60,725 bases of DNA from Parcubacteria group bacterium (GTDB lineage: Bacteria; Patescibacteriota; Minisyncoccia; UBA6257; JACRHW01): assembly GCA_016217555.1 (NCBI GenBank), contig JACRHW010000008.1:1-60725 (forward strand), written 5' to 3'. Numbering within the stretch: position 1 is the first letter of the stretch; every line of letters starts with the position of its first letter. The notes under the pieces were generated by a model. It worked only from the letters and a program-made list of their open reading frames with translations, was not told the DNA's origin and ran no database searches. Made by a program: the position numbers and the translations under genes. Positions 43,549 to 51,173 of this stretch are shown piece by piece.

Positions 43549-43577
43549 TTGACTTATTAACTCGGATGTGCTATGAT
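43549..43577 (+). promoter_or_regulatory. csp promoter
   Basis: TTGACT-N17-TATGAT. This leaves a leader of about 40 nt before ATG 43622. Confidence 0.6.
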
Positions 43578-43621
43578 GGACACAATAAAGAGATGTCGTC
43601 GAGTTTCTTAATAAAAAAACA

Positions 43622-43825
43622 ATGAGTATGCAAGGAGTTATTAAAACTCTTACCGATAGAGGATTTGGATTCATTTCTCGCGAAGGCGAGACAAAGGATC
43701 TCTTTTTCCACTCTAATGAACTCAAGGGTGTTGCATTTAACGAACTTAAGGTTGGTGATGCAGTTACTTTCGAAGTTGTAAACGGTGAGAAAGGGCCTAG
43801 CGCAGTGAACGTTTCACGCGCCTAA
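43622..43825 (+). CDS. csp: Cold-shock protein (CspA family)
   Basis: GVIKTLTDRGFGFISREG..DLFFHSNEL with RNP1/RNP2 motifs. 67 aa. Confidence 0.93.
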   Translation: MSMQGVIKTLTDRGFGFISREGETKDLFFHSNELKGVAFNELKVGDAVTFEVVNGEKGPSAVNVSRA

Positions 43826-43840
43826 GCACTAAAAAAATAA

Positions 43841-43876
43841 AAAACCACCCAAGCTTTGGTCAAGGTGGTTTTTTAT
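43841..43876 (+). terminator. Intrinsic terminator
   Basis: AAAACCACC-N14-GGTGGTTTTTT. Confidence 0.75.
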
Positions 43877-43934
43877 TTTGTGGAAGAATGTACAAACACA
43901 ATGGAGTGTGTTATTCTTATGGTCATTACTTATC

Positions 43935-45401
43935 ATGGCAAACGATAACATTATATTACGGTTCAATAAGGTTTTTTTTGAATTTGGCCATACAAAGCCC
44001 ATTTTGAATGAGGTGGATTTTTCATTGCGCCGAGGAATGAAGGTGGCGCTTATGGGACAAAATGGTGCTGGGAAAAGTACCATTTTTAATCTTATTACAG
44101 GAGTAAAGACTCCTGACGAGGGAATGATCTCGATGGAGGATGGTATGAGTATTGCAATTGGCAAGCAGGTGATCCCTGTCGACAAAATGGATGGCACCGT
44201 GAAGGAGTTTTTTGAGAGTTGTTTTTCAAAGAAGGTGTACGATATTGATCCGCGTATCGAAAAGATACTTGAAGTAGTGCACCTCGTGATTGCACCAGAG
44301 AGAATTGTGAGAACCTTGTCCGGTGGCCAGCAGGCACGACTTTTGCTTGCTTCGGCACTTATTCAGGAGCCCGATCTTCTTTTACTCGATGAGCCGACCA
44401 ATAATCTTGATAAGGAGGGGCTTCTCCATCTTACCCAGTTTCTTGTTGAGTATAAAAAGACATGCATTGTTATTTCACATGATGCGGACTTCTTAAACGC
44501 TTTTACGAGCGGGGTGTTGTATCTCGATGTCTTTACTTATAAAGTTGAACAGTATGCAGGGAACTATCTTAACGTGGTGGCAGAAATTACTGCGCGTATC
44601 GAGCGTGAACGAAGAAAAAATATGCGTCTTGAGAAGGAGATTCAGCATCGTAAGGAGCAGGCGGGTTTTTTTGGACAAAAAGGGGGGCATATGCGTGATG
44701 TGGCGCGTAAAATGAGAGAGAAGATAGAAACACTCGAGGAGGATAGGGTTGATATGCGTGAGGAGGATAAGATGATTCGACGTTTTGTAATTCCACCACA
44801 AGAACATCTTTCGGGGAAAATAATTACAATTACTTCAGTGCCCATAATGGAGAAGGGGAAGCTTGCAAAGAAAAAGATAGCACTTACTTTGAAACCAAAA
44901 AACCATCTTCTTGTTACGGGTCCGAATGGTATTGGGAAAACAACCGTATTGCATAACATCGCTATGGGTACGGCATCTGGGGTAGAGATCGAGAAGGGGA
45001 TACGAGTCGGATACTATCAACAGGATTTTTCTACGCTTGATCCAGAGAGGACGGCATATCATTCGCTTGAGGTTGCCATAGGAAATGAAGGACGTGAGGA
45101 GACTATTCGATCAGTGGCGGCTGGATTTTTGTTGGGGCCTGCTGTGCTAAAAAGTCTTGTAGGTAATCTCTCTGAGGGGCAAAAGGGGCTTCTTGTTTTT
45201 GCAGGGCTTGTTTTACAGCGCCCAGGGCTTCTTATCCTCGATGAGCCAACTAACCACATTAACTTTAGACATTTGCCGGTTATTGCCGAGGCGCTTAATA
45301 AATATGATGGTGCAATGATTTTGGTGAGCCACATCCCAGAATTCGTAAAACAAATCCGCATCGATGAGACTCTCGACCTCGAAGCGTTGATTAAAAAGTA
45401 A
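43935..45401 (+). CDS. ABC-F family ATPase (two ABC domains, no TM)
   Basis: Start at ATG 43935. GQNGAGKST/LSGGQQARL/LLLDEPTNNLD and GPNGIGKTT/LSEGQKGLL/LILDEPTNHI are separated by a basic, charged linker. Confidence 0.88.
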   Translation: MANDNIILRFNKVFFEFGHTKPILNEVDFSLRRGMKVALMGQNGAGKSTIFNLITGVKTPDEGMISMEDGMSIAIGKQVIPVDKMDGTVKEFFESCFSKKVYDIDPRIEKILEVVHLVIAPERIVRTLSGGQQARLLLASALIQEPDLLLLDEPTNNLDKEGLLHLTQFLVEYKKTCIVISHDADFLNAFTSGVLYLDVFTYKVEQYAGNYLNVVAEITARIERERRKNMRLEKEIQHRKEQAGFFGQKGGHMRDVARKMREKIETLEEDRVDMREEDKMIRRFVIPPQEHLSGKIITITSVPIMEKGKLAKKKIALTLKPKNHLLVTGPNGIGKTTVLHNIAMGTASGVEIEKGIRVGYYQQDFSTLDPERTAYHSLEVAIGNEGREETIRSVAAGFLLGPAVLKSLVGNLSEGQKGLLVFAGLVLQRPGLLILDEPTNHINFRHLPVIAEALNKYDGAMILVSHIPEFVKQIRIDETLDLEALIKK

Positions 45402-45408
45402 AACCGTC

Positions 45409-45571
45409 TTTGATCTGTAAGACAGATGTTTCTCACCCGTTCGGATACCCAGCGGTATCCTCACTCTGTCCTCCGGCGCTTCGTTGTCAATCCAATTCGT
45501 TTCACTCAGGATTGACAACACCCTGCTCCGCGCCTGCGGAATGGTTCGAAACACCTATCTTACAGATCAAA
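45409..45571 (+). repeat. R6 element, copy A: 122-nt core inside its own 14-bp palindrome
   Basis: Core 45432-45553. Flanking arms are TTTGATCTGTAAGA (45409-45422) and TCTTACAGATCAAA (45558-45571). Confidence 0.9.
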
Positions 45572-45641
45572 AACATGCTAATTTTAACTAAGGTCAAAAG
45601 CAGGTTTCTTTGAATAAAATTGAGGATTTATTGAAATAACC

Positions 45642-46742
45642 ATGGCATATCTAATAATTGCACTTATCGTAATTGGTTATATTATTTATGGCATTTTTAG
45701 TCTTTTTAAAAAGGGCGGTGAGGTGGTAAAAGAGGTGTCGGTTCGTATGGCGCTGGATAAAAACAAAACTTTGATCGAACGTAATCAGGGCATCATCGAT
45801 AGGTGTCTCAGTGAGCTCTACGCGGGCGATCGATCATATTATATTGATAATGAGACAAAAGATTGTATTAGTGAAATTGCTAAAGTGGAAGGTCGGTCAG
45901 ATTTAATTCCGAAATATCGAGAGTGGTTATCACAATGGCAAACAAGATCAGATGTTTCCAGGGACTGGCTTGAATTAAAAGACTATATAAAAGAAAAATT
46001 TCAAAAACACCATAAAGAACTTTTACAAAAACAAAAGGTACAAGAAGAACAATTGGGACGGGAAGAAAAGGAGCGACAGGATAAAGAGGGTCAAAAGTTT
46101 TTTGAGAAGAATAAAGATTTGATTAACAAGTTTTTAGAAATTACGGAGAGAAAAGTATCTATAATCGATGATTATGGTGATGAGAATTGGAATGCTCTCT
46201 CGGAAGAAATCAACGCTTGTGTAACCAAAATAGCAAAGCGCAGTGGTGTTAGTGATGGGGATATTAAAGACTTTTTTAAAAAAGATTATACATGGAAATT
46301 GGGTGAAGAATATGGATGGCTTAGAGAAAAATTAGATAAGGTTTTTAGAGAATATCATAAGGTACAAAAAGAAAAACCTGCCAACAGTACAGAGTTAAAA
46401 AATCTATCGGGTGTTGAATTTGAGGTCTGGATCTCGAAACTTTTAAAAGAGAATGGTTTTGATGATGTTCGTGGTACACCTGCAACTGGGGATCAGGGAG
46501 CTGATTTGATTGCAAAGAAAGATGGAAAAATCATTATTATTCAGGCGAAAAGATATCAAGGCAGTGTTGGAAATAAGGCAGTGCAGGAAGTTATTGGCGC
46601 AGTTCAATTTTATCGTGGCGATGAGGGTTGGGTAATTACCAACTCTACATTTACACCCTCGGCGAAAGCTCTTGCTCAGAGAAGTGATGTTAAATTGATT
46701 GATGGGAAAATGTTAGAAAGTCCAGAAAAGTATCTCCATTAA
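45642..46742 (+). CDS. Membrane-anchored coiled-coil protein with a C-terminal Mrr-type restriction endonuclease domain
   Basis: TM helix AYLIIALIVIGYIIYGIFSLF and a K/E/Q-rich middle region. C-terminus reads GDQGADLIAKKDGKIIIIQAKRYQGSVGNKAVQEVIGA..GWVITNSTFTPSAKALA..KLIDG (D...QxK core of Mrr_cat). Confidence 0.75.
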   Translation: MAYLIIALIVIGYIIYGIFSLFKKGGEVVKEVSVRMALDKNKTLIERNQGIIDRCLSELYAGDRSYYIDNETKDCISEIAKVEGRSDLIPKYREWLSQWQTRSDVSRDWLELKDYIKEKFQKHHKELLQKQKVQEEQLGREEKERQDKEGQKFFEKNKDLINKFLEITERKVSIIDDYGDENWNALSEEINACVTKIAKRSGVSDGDIKDFFKKDYTWKLGEEYGWLREKLDKVFREYHKVQKEKPANSTELKNLSGVEFEVWISKLLKENGFDDVRGTPATGDQGADLIAKKDGKIIIIQAKRYQGSVGNKAVQEVIGAVQFYRGDEGWVITNSTFTPSAKALAQRSDVKLIDGKMLESPEKYLH

Positions 46743-46744
46743 AA

Positions 46745-47449
46745 ATGGATATATCTACTTTGCGATTAGCCACAGATGGTGATGATTTTGAACGAACTTA
46801 TTGGGATTTGTTCATAAAAGATCAATTTCCAAGTTATGAAACTTTTTGGTTAAAATTTGTTGTGCCAATAACAAACCGGTCTAAAAATGTTCATTTTAAA
46901 GATAATTTAGAACTAGCTAAGATTGGGAAATCAGAATCTGATGTTTGTATTGGACAATTTAACTATTCAATATTGAGGCATCTGATACGTTGTTTTGAAA
47001 TCAGAAAGGTAATTGATGATAGCTCATGGATAGATCAATTCGATTTAACACTAGAAGGAATGACTAGACTTGCGAGCTGTCATGATATAGCGTGTGAGTT
47101 GCTTGAAAGATTAAAGAACCCAACAGTTTATGAGGCATTTACTATTGAAAGTGGAAAAAAGGTAAAAGCAAAATTGCGAAAAGACGATAAGAATCCACTC
47201 AAATTAATAAAAGACTATCGTAATAATCTTGTTCATGGTAGGTTGCCGCCATCAATAGTAGATGGGAGTAGATTGTGTCTTCCTGATATTGGAAAAGAAT
47301 TTCTATATTTGGATTGGAGAAAAACAACTGATTTTCACAATCTCAAATTGGAGGAATATAAAGAAAATTTCTTTCACGCTTCAAGTGTATTAGAAAGAGC
47401 GTGGAATGAAACGGCGGGTTACCTAGAAAACAATTGGAAAAATTTATAA
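46745..47449 (+). CDS. Orphan protein with an Rx4H (HEPN-like) motif
   Basis: 234-aa ORF starting 2 nt after the previous stop. KDYRNNLVHGRLPP fits R-x4-H. Very AT-rich (17/60 G+C in line 46861-46920). No other motif recognised. Confidence 0.5.
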   Translation: MDISTLRLATDGDDFERTYWDLFIKDQFPSYETFWLKFVVPITNRSKNVHFKDNLELAKIGKSESDVCIGQFNYSILRHLIRCFEIRKVIDDSSWIDQFDLTLEGMTRLASCHDIACELLERLKNPTVYEAFTIESGKKVKAKLRKDDKNPLKLIKDYRNNLVHGRLPPSIVDGSRLCLPDIGKEFLYLDWRKTTDFHNLKLEEYKENFFHASSVLERAWNETAGYLENNWKNL

Positions 47450-47474
47450 AAGATGATTATGGCTAACGTTTTTT

Positions 47475-47631
47475 GAATTACAAAATGTCTGTTCCGAACC
47501 ATTCCGCAGGCGCGAAGCTGGGTGTTGTCAATCCTGAGTGAAACGAATTGGATTGACAACGAAGCGCCGGAGGACAGAGTGAGGATACCGCTGGGTATCC
47601 GAACGGGTGAGGAATATATGTTTTGTAATTC
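47475..47631 (-). repeat. R6 element, copy B (inverted): same core inside a different 11-bp palindrome
   Basis: Core 47490-47611 is the reverse complement of 45432-45553 at 119/122. Flanking arms are GAATTACAAAA (47475-47485) and TTTTGTAATTC (47621-47631). Confidence 0.9.
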
Positions 47632-47650
47632 GAAATTGTAAAATTAAAAT

Positions 47651-48625
47651 ATGTTTATTGATGAAGTTACTATTAATGTGAAGGCGGGGAAGGGCGGCAA
47701 GGGTGCCGTTGCTTTTAATAAGATTAAGATGGCGCTTGGACCAACGGGTGGGAATGGGGGGAATGGAGGAAATGTTTATTTGGAGGCTATTGGTGATCTT
47801 GGCGCTCTTCGGCAGTTTCGCATGAAGAAGGATTTTAATGCAGAGGACGGACGTGATGGACGCGATGCGTTTCGTGATGGGCACGATGGAGAGGATCTTA
47901 TCCTTTTGGTCCCACGCGGGACGGTAGTACACAATCTCACCACGGAGACAGAACATGAGCTTACTAAGATTGGCGAACGCCTTCTTATTATAAAAGGAGG
48001 CTATGGTGGTAAAGGTAATTTTCTCTATCGTTCATCGACGAACACCTCTCCTACTCAATTTCAACCAGGGTTGCCGGGAAGAGAGTGTACGTTACGACTC
48101 GAATTGAAGCTTATTGCTGATATTGGTCTTGTTGGATTACCAAATGTAGGGAAGTCGAGTTTTATCAATGAAATGACAAACGCGCAAAGCCCTGTGGCTG
48201 ATTACGCTTTTACTACACTCGAACCACATCTCGGGGCGTATTATGGCCTTATTCTCGCTGATATTCCTGGGCTTATCGAAGGTGCCTCATTGGGAAAGGG
48301 GTTGGGGATTAAGTTTCTTCGTCATGTAGAACGTACGGGGATTCTCTTTCACTTCATCGATGTAAACAGCGAAGATCCTGTAAGGGACTACAAAGTAATT
48401 CGAAAAGAGCTAGGCGCCTATAACCCACTTCTTTTAGAAAAAAAAGAGTATATTTTTGTGACCAAAACCGATACCGTAGATGAGAAACGTGTTAAAGAAG
48501 TTGTTAAGAAACTTAAGACGCACTGCAAAGACAGAGAAGTAGAGGCTATCTCTATTCACGATCCGGAGAAAATGGGAATAATGAAAGAATTACTCAACCG
48601 TATTAAAGGTGATCTTAATATATAG
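47651..48625 (+). CDS. obg: GTPase Obg/CgtA
   Basis: MFIDEVTINVKAGKGGKGAVAF, GGNGGNGGNVYL and the G1 motif GLVGLPNVGKSSF. Confidence 0.93.
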   Translation: MFIDEVTINVKAGKGGKGAVAFNKIKMALGPTGGNGGNGGNVYLEAIGDLGALRQFRMKKDFNAEDGRDGRDAFRDGHDGEDLILLVPRGTVVHNLTTETEHELTKIGERLLIIKGGYGGKGNFLYRSSTNTSPTQFQPGLPGRECTLRLELKLIADIGLVGLPNVGKSSFINEMTNAQSPVADYAFTTLEPHLGAYYGLILADIPGLIEGASLGKGLGIKFLRHVERTGILFHFIDVNSEDPVRDYKVIRKELGAYNPLLLEKKEYIFVTKTDTVDEKRVKEVVKKLKTHCKDREVEAISIHDPEKMGIMKELLNRIKGDLNI

Positions 48626-48654
48626 TAGTTAAATAGAATTTTTATGTATTAGGG

Positions 48655-48686
48655 CTCTGTATTTTTGTGGTACAGAGTTTTTATTT
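48655..48686 (+). terminator. Intrinsic terminator after obg
   Basis: CTCTGTA-N9-TACAGAG followed by TTTTTATTT. Confidence 0.7.
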
Positions 48687-48689
48687 GGT

Positions 48690-48718
48690 TTGACATATAC
48701 CCCTAGGGGGTATAGACT
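48690..48718 (+). promoter_or_regulatory. csoR promoter with a CsoR-type operator
   Basis: TTGACA (48690-48695), palindrome TATACCCC-TA-GGGGGTATA (48696-48714) and TAGACT (48713-48718). ATG 48727 follows within 9 nt. Confidence 0.7.
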
Positions 48719-48726
48719 ATCGTTAT

Positions 48727-48993
48727 ATGCATGGAGTATATAAACCAAAACTGATGCGACGTCTTAAGATTATTGAGGGACAGGTGCGTGGATTGCAGGA
48801 GATGATTGAGAAGGATACATATTGTATCGATGTCATTACACAGACGTCTGCGGTTAAGCAGGCGTTGTCGGGTGTGGAGGATGTTCTTATGAAAAATCAT
48901 TTGAGTACGTGTGTGGTGCATCAAATTCAAAAAGACCAAGAAAAAAAGGCAATTCATGAGATACTTAAGGTGTATCGTCTTAAACGAAAATAA
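48727..48993 (+). CDS. csoR: CsoR/RcnR-family metal-sensing repressor
   Basis: RLKIIEGQVRGLQEMIEKDTYCIDVITQTSAVKQAL...HLSTCV, giving the C-H-C ligand pattern. Confidence 0.85.
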   Translation: MHGVYKPKLMRRLKIIEGQVRGLQEMIEKDTYCIDVITQTSAVKQALSGVEDVLMKNHLSTCVVHQIQKDQEKKAIHEILKVYRLKRK

Positions 48994-48995
48994 TC

Positions 48996-49394
48996 ATGTT
49001 GGTATTTAAAAAAATTAGCACATTCTTTGTTCTTGTTTCGTTTTTAGCGATTGCACTTTTTAGTTTCGCCATTATGATGCATGAGGCAGACGGATCTATG
49101 CCTGGAGATTGTCCTTTCTCGGTGCTTGGTGGCACATCATTCTGTCCACAGGACGTGTTGGCCGTTATTAGGCATCACATTTCTACTTACTATGCATTTC
49201 TCAATATTTCGCTACATTCCGATATTGCTATTTCGATAATTGCTTTTTTGCTTGTTGCTTGTAGTATTCTTGTTGCTTTTATATCTCGACATGTTGTTGT
49301 ACCTTCTTTTGTTTTTAAAGAATATTATCATGTTCTCCATAGTGTTTCATCCTTTGGTAGGAAAGTAGCACGGTGGCTTTCTTTATTAACATAA
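48996..49394 (+). CDS. Membrane protein (132 aa), part of the copper island
   Basis: Two to three TM segments. Starts 2 nt after csoR. Confidence 0.45.
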   Translation: MLVFKKISTFFVLVSFLAIALFSFAIMMHEADGSMPGDCPFSVLGGTSFCPQDVLAVIRHHISTYYAFLNISLHSDIAISIIAFLLVACSILVAFISRHVVVPSFVFKEYYHVLHSVSSFGRKVARWLSLLT

Positions 49395-49410
49395 TTTAAT
49401 TTATTACTCT

Positions 49411-51162
49411 ATGCATCAAAAAATTATTACTTTTATTTCGTATCTTCGTACAAAAATGACCGTAACGGCATTTATCGTATTGGCAGTGCTTGCCACTGGC
49501 TCGGTATATGCCATACGAGGTGTCAATAATAGGACACAATTGGTTTCTCTTTTGGCAGCATCAGAGGGGACAACGAACACAGAAGAAAGTGCTATTGCGG
49601 TTGCTGGTAGTGAATTGCCTATTGATTCGGTGCAGTTGGGCAATTCGTGGCCGGGCGAGGTGGTTTCTTATGGCAGTGTTCCTATTCAACCACAACGTGG
49701 TGGAACAATTGTTGAATGGCGTGTAAAGATCGGTGAACGTGTGGGGGCTGGTGAGGTGCTCGCGCTTTTATCTGCCCCTCCTGCAATGCCAGAGCTTGTG
49801 AAGATGCTCGCTGAACAAGCTGAGGGGCGTGCGCGAATGCGAGCTCAGGCAGTGGCGACAAAACGATTTACCGAATTAAATAACGAGCAACTCGGTGTTC
49901 TTTTGCAAACCGTGGAAACAACGACCAATAGATCTCAGTCCGCTATTTCTGGTAAGGATGATGCCTCCGGTACTGCACGAGTTGCGGTTGAACAGGCAAA
50001 GGGTGCGGTGACTGCTATGCGTAAAAATCTCTCCACAACGCTTGAGCAAACACTTGCGAGACATATGGGTATTGTGAGCAGCGTGAATCCTATCACTACT
50101 TTTCGGCTTGGAAGCCTTAACCGTGGGTATGGAGTCGGAGACCAGCAAAATCAGAACACATATGAGCAACGGTTTATGCAATTGGTTCAGGGTCTTAGAA
50201 ATGCAGAGGTTTTTCCTGCTGATCTTGCTACAAATTATTTTTTTTCATTTATTCGTCTTGCAAATACTACCTTCGATGGAAATCTTGTTGAAATAAGGGG
50301 AATTGCCACTGAAGATCAAGAAAAGTTTTTTGATATGTTGGCTAAATATCGTGATGCGGAGGCGGCAGTTACCATGAAGGAGGCTGAATATACACTAGGA
50401 TACGCAGAACAAAAAAAAGAAATTCAGGAAAAAATTTCTGAAAATGAAAAAATGCTTGCAATGGCTGAAGCCGAAGCTGTCGCAGCCGATGCTTCTTACA
50501 CTACTGTTGAGCGAAGTATTACTGGTGGTCTTGCTGTTATTGCTTCTCGATCGGGTATTGTTTCCGCAATCAATAAAAAGGTAGGGGATTTTGTTGAACC
50601 TGGCATGCCTGTTGCTTCTATAGATACAGAGGGTGTGTCAGAGCATTTTGTGCGATTTCAGATTCCAAACAATGTGCGTACACCAAAGGCGGGAGATGTT
50701 CTCTCTGTGGTACGTCCCGGTTTTTCACAGGACGTGCAAAAGGTGAAACTTACTGGGGTAGGTACCTCGCTCGATACAACAGGAGCGTATATGGCTGATG
50801 CAAGTTTTCTTACTCTTGTTGATTGGCCAGTGGCGGCATCTGTTCGTGTTCTTGTTCCACAAAACGGGACGACTCCGATTATTAAACTCTCCTCTGTGTG
50901 GTGGAATGCAGATGGTAAGCCGCATGTGTGGGGTATATCGGACGCCGGAAGAATCTTTGCAAGAAAGATAACTATTGGGCGTACGCTAGGTGCGTCAGTA
51001 GAGGTGTATGAGGGACTAAAGAATGGCGATCGTTACGTCATCGTTCCCACACCTGATATGCATGAAGATATGTTGTTTGATACTACGAAGAATACAAACA
51101 ATACGGGGGGTGCTCCTGCCAAGTCGGGTGGTGAGAAGCCTATGGGGGGGATGGAAATGTAA
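49411..51162 (+). CDS. Efflux RND periplasmic adaptor (membrane fusion protein), unusually long
   Basis: N-terminal TM and lipoyl-like hairpins GERVGAGEVLALLSAP / SGIVSAINKKVGDFVEPGMPVASID around a long coiled coil. Lies directly upstream of the RND pump. Confidence 0.72.
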   Translation: MHQKIITFISYLRTKMTVTAFIVLAVLATGSVYAIRGVNNRTQLVSLLAASEGTTNTEESAIAVAGSELPIDSVQLGNSWPGEVVSYGSVPIQPQRGGTIVEWRVKIGERVGAGEVLALLSAPPAMPELVKMLAEQAEGRARMRAQAVATKRFTELNNEQLGVLLQTVETTTNRSQSAISGKDDASGTARVAVEQAKGAVTAMRKNLSTTLEQTLARHMGIVSSVNPITTFRLGSLNRGYGVGDQQNQNTYEQRFMQLVQGLRNAEVFPADLATNYFFSFIRLANTTFDGNLVEIRGIATEDQEKFFDMLAKYRDAEAAVTMKEAEYTLGYAEQKKEIQEKISENEKMLAMAEAEAVAADASYTTVERSITGGLAVIASRSGIVSAINKKVGDFVEPGMPVASIDTEGVSEHFVRFQIPNNVRTPKAGDVLSVVRPGFSQDVQKVKLTGVGTSLDTTGAYMADASFLTLVDWPVAASVRVLVPQNGTTPIIKLSSVWWNADGKPHVWGISDAGRIFARKITIGRTLGASVEVYEGLKNGDRYVIVPTPDMHEDMLFDTTKNTNNTGGAPAKSGGEKPMGGMEM

Positions 51163-51173
51163 TAGGTATCGTT

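Noticed and set aside
45213-45554. Minus-strand ORFs (45213-45554 and 47528-47956) and a + strand 29-codon ORF crossing the R6 repeats.
   Set aside because: The shared peptide (..FLTRSDTQRYPHSVLRRFVVNPIRFTQD) merely reflects the repeated DNA. The start codon is present in only one copy, and the long versions run antisense through abcF and obg.
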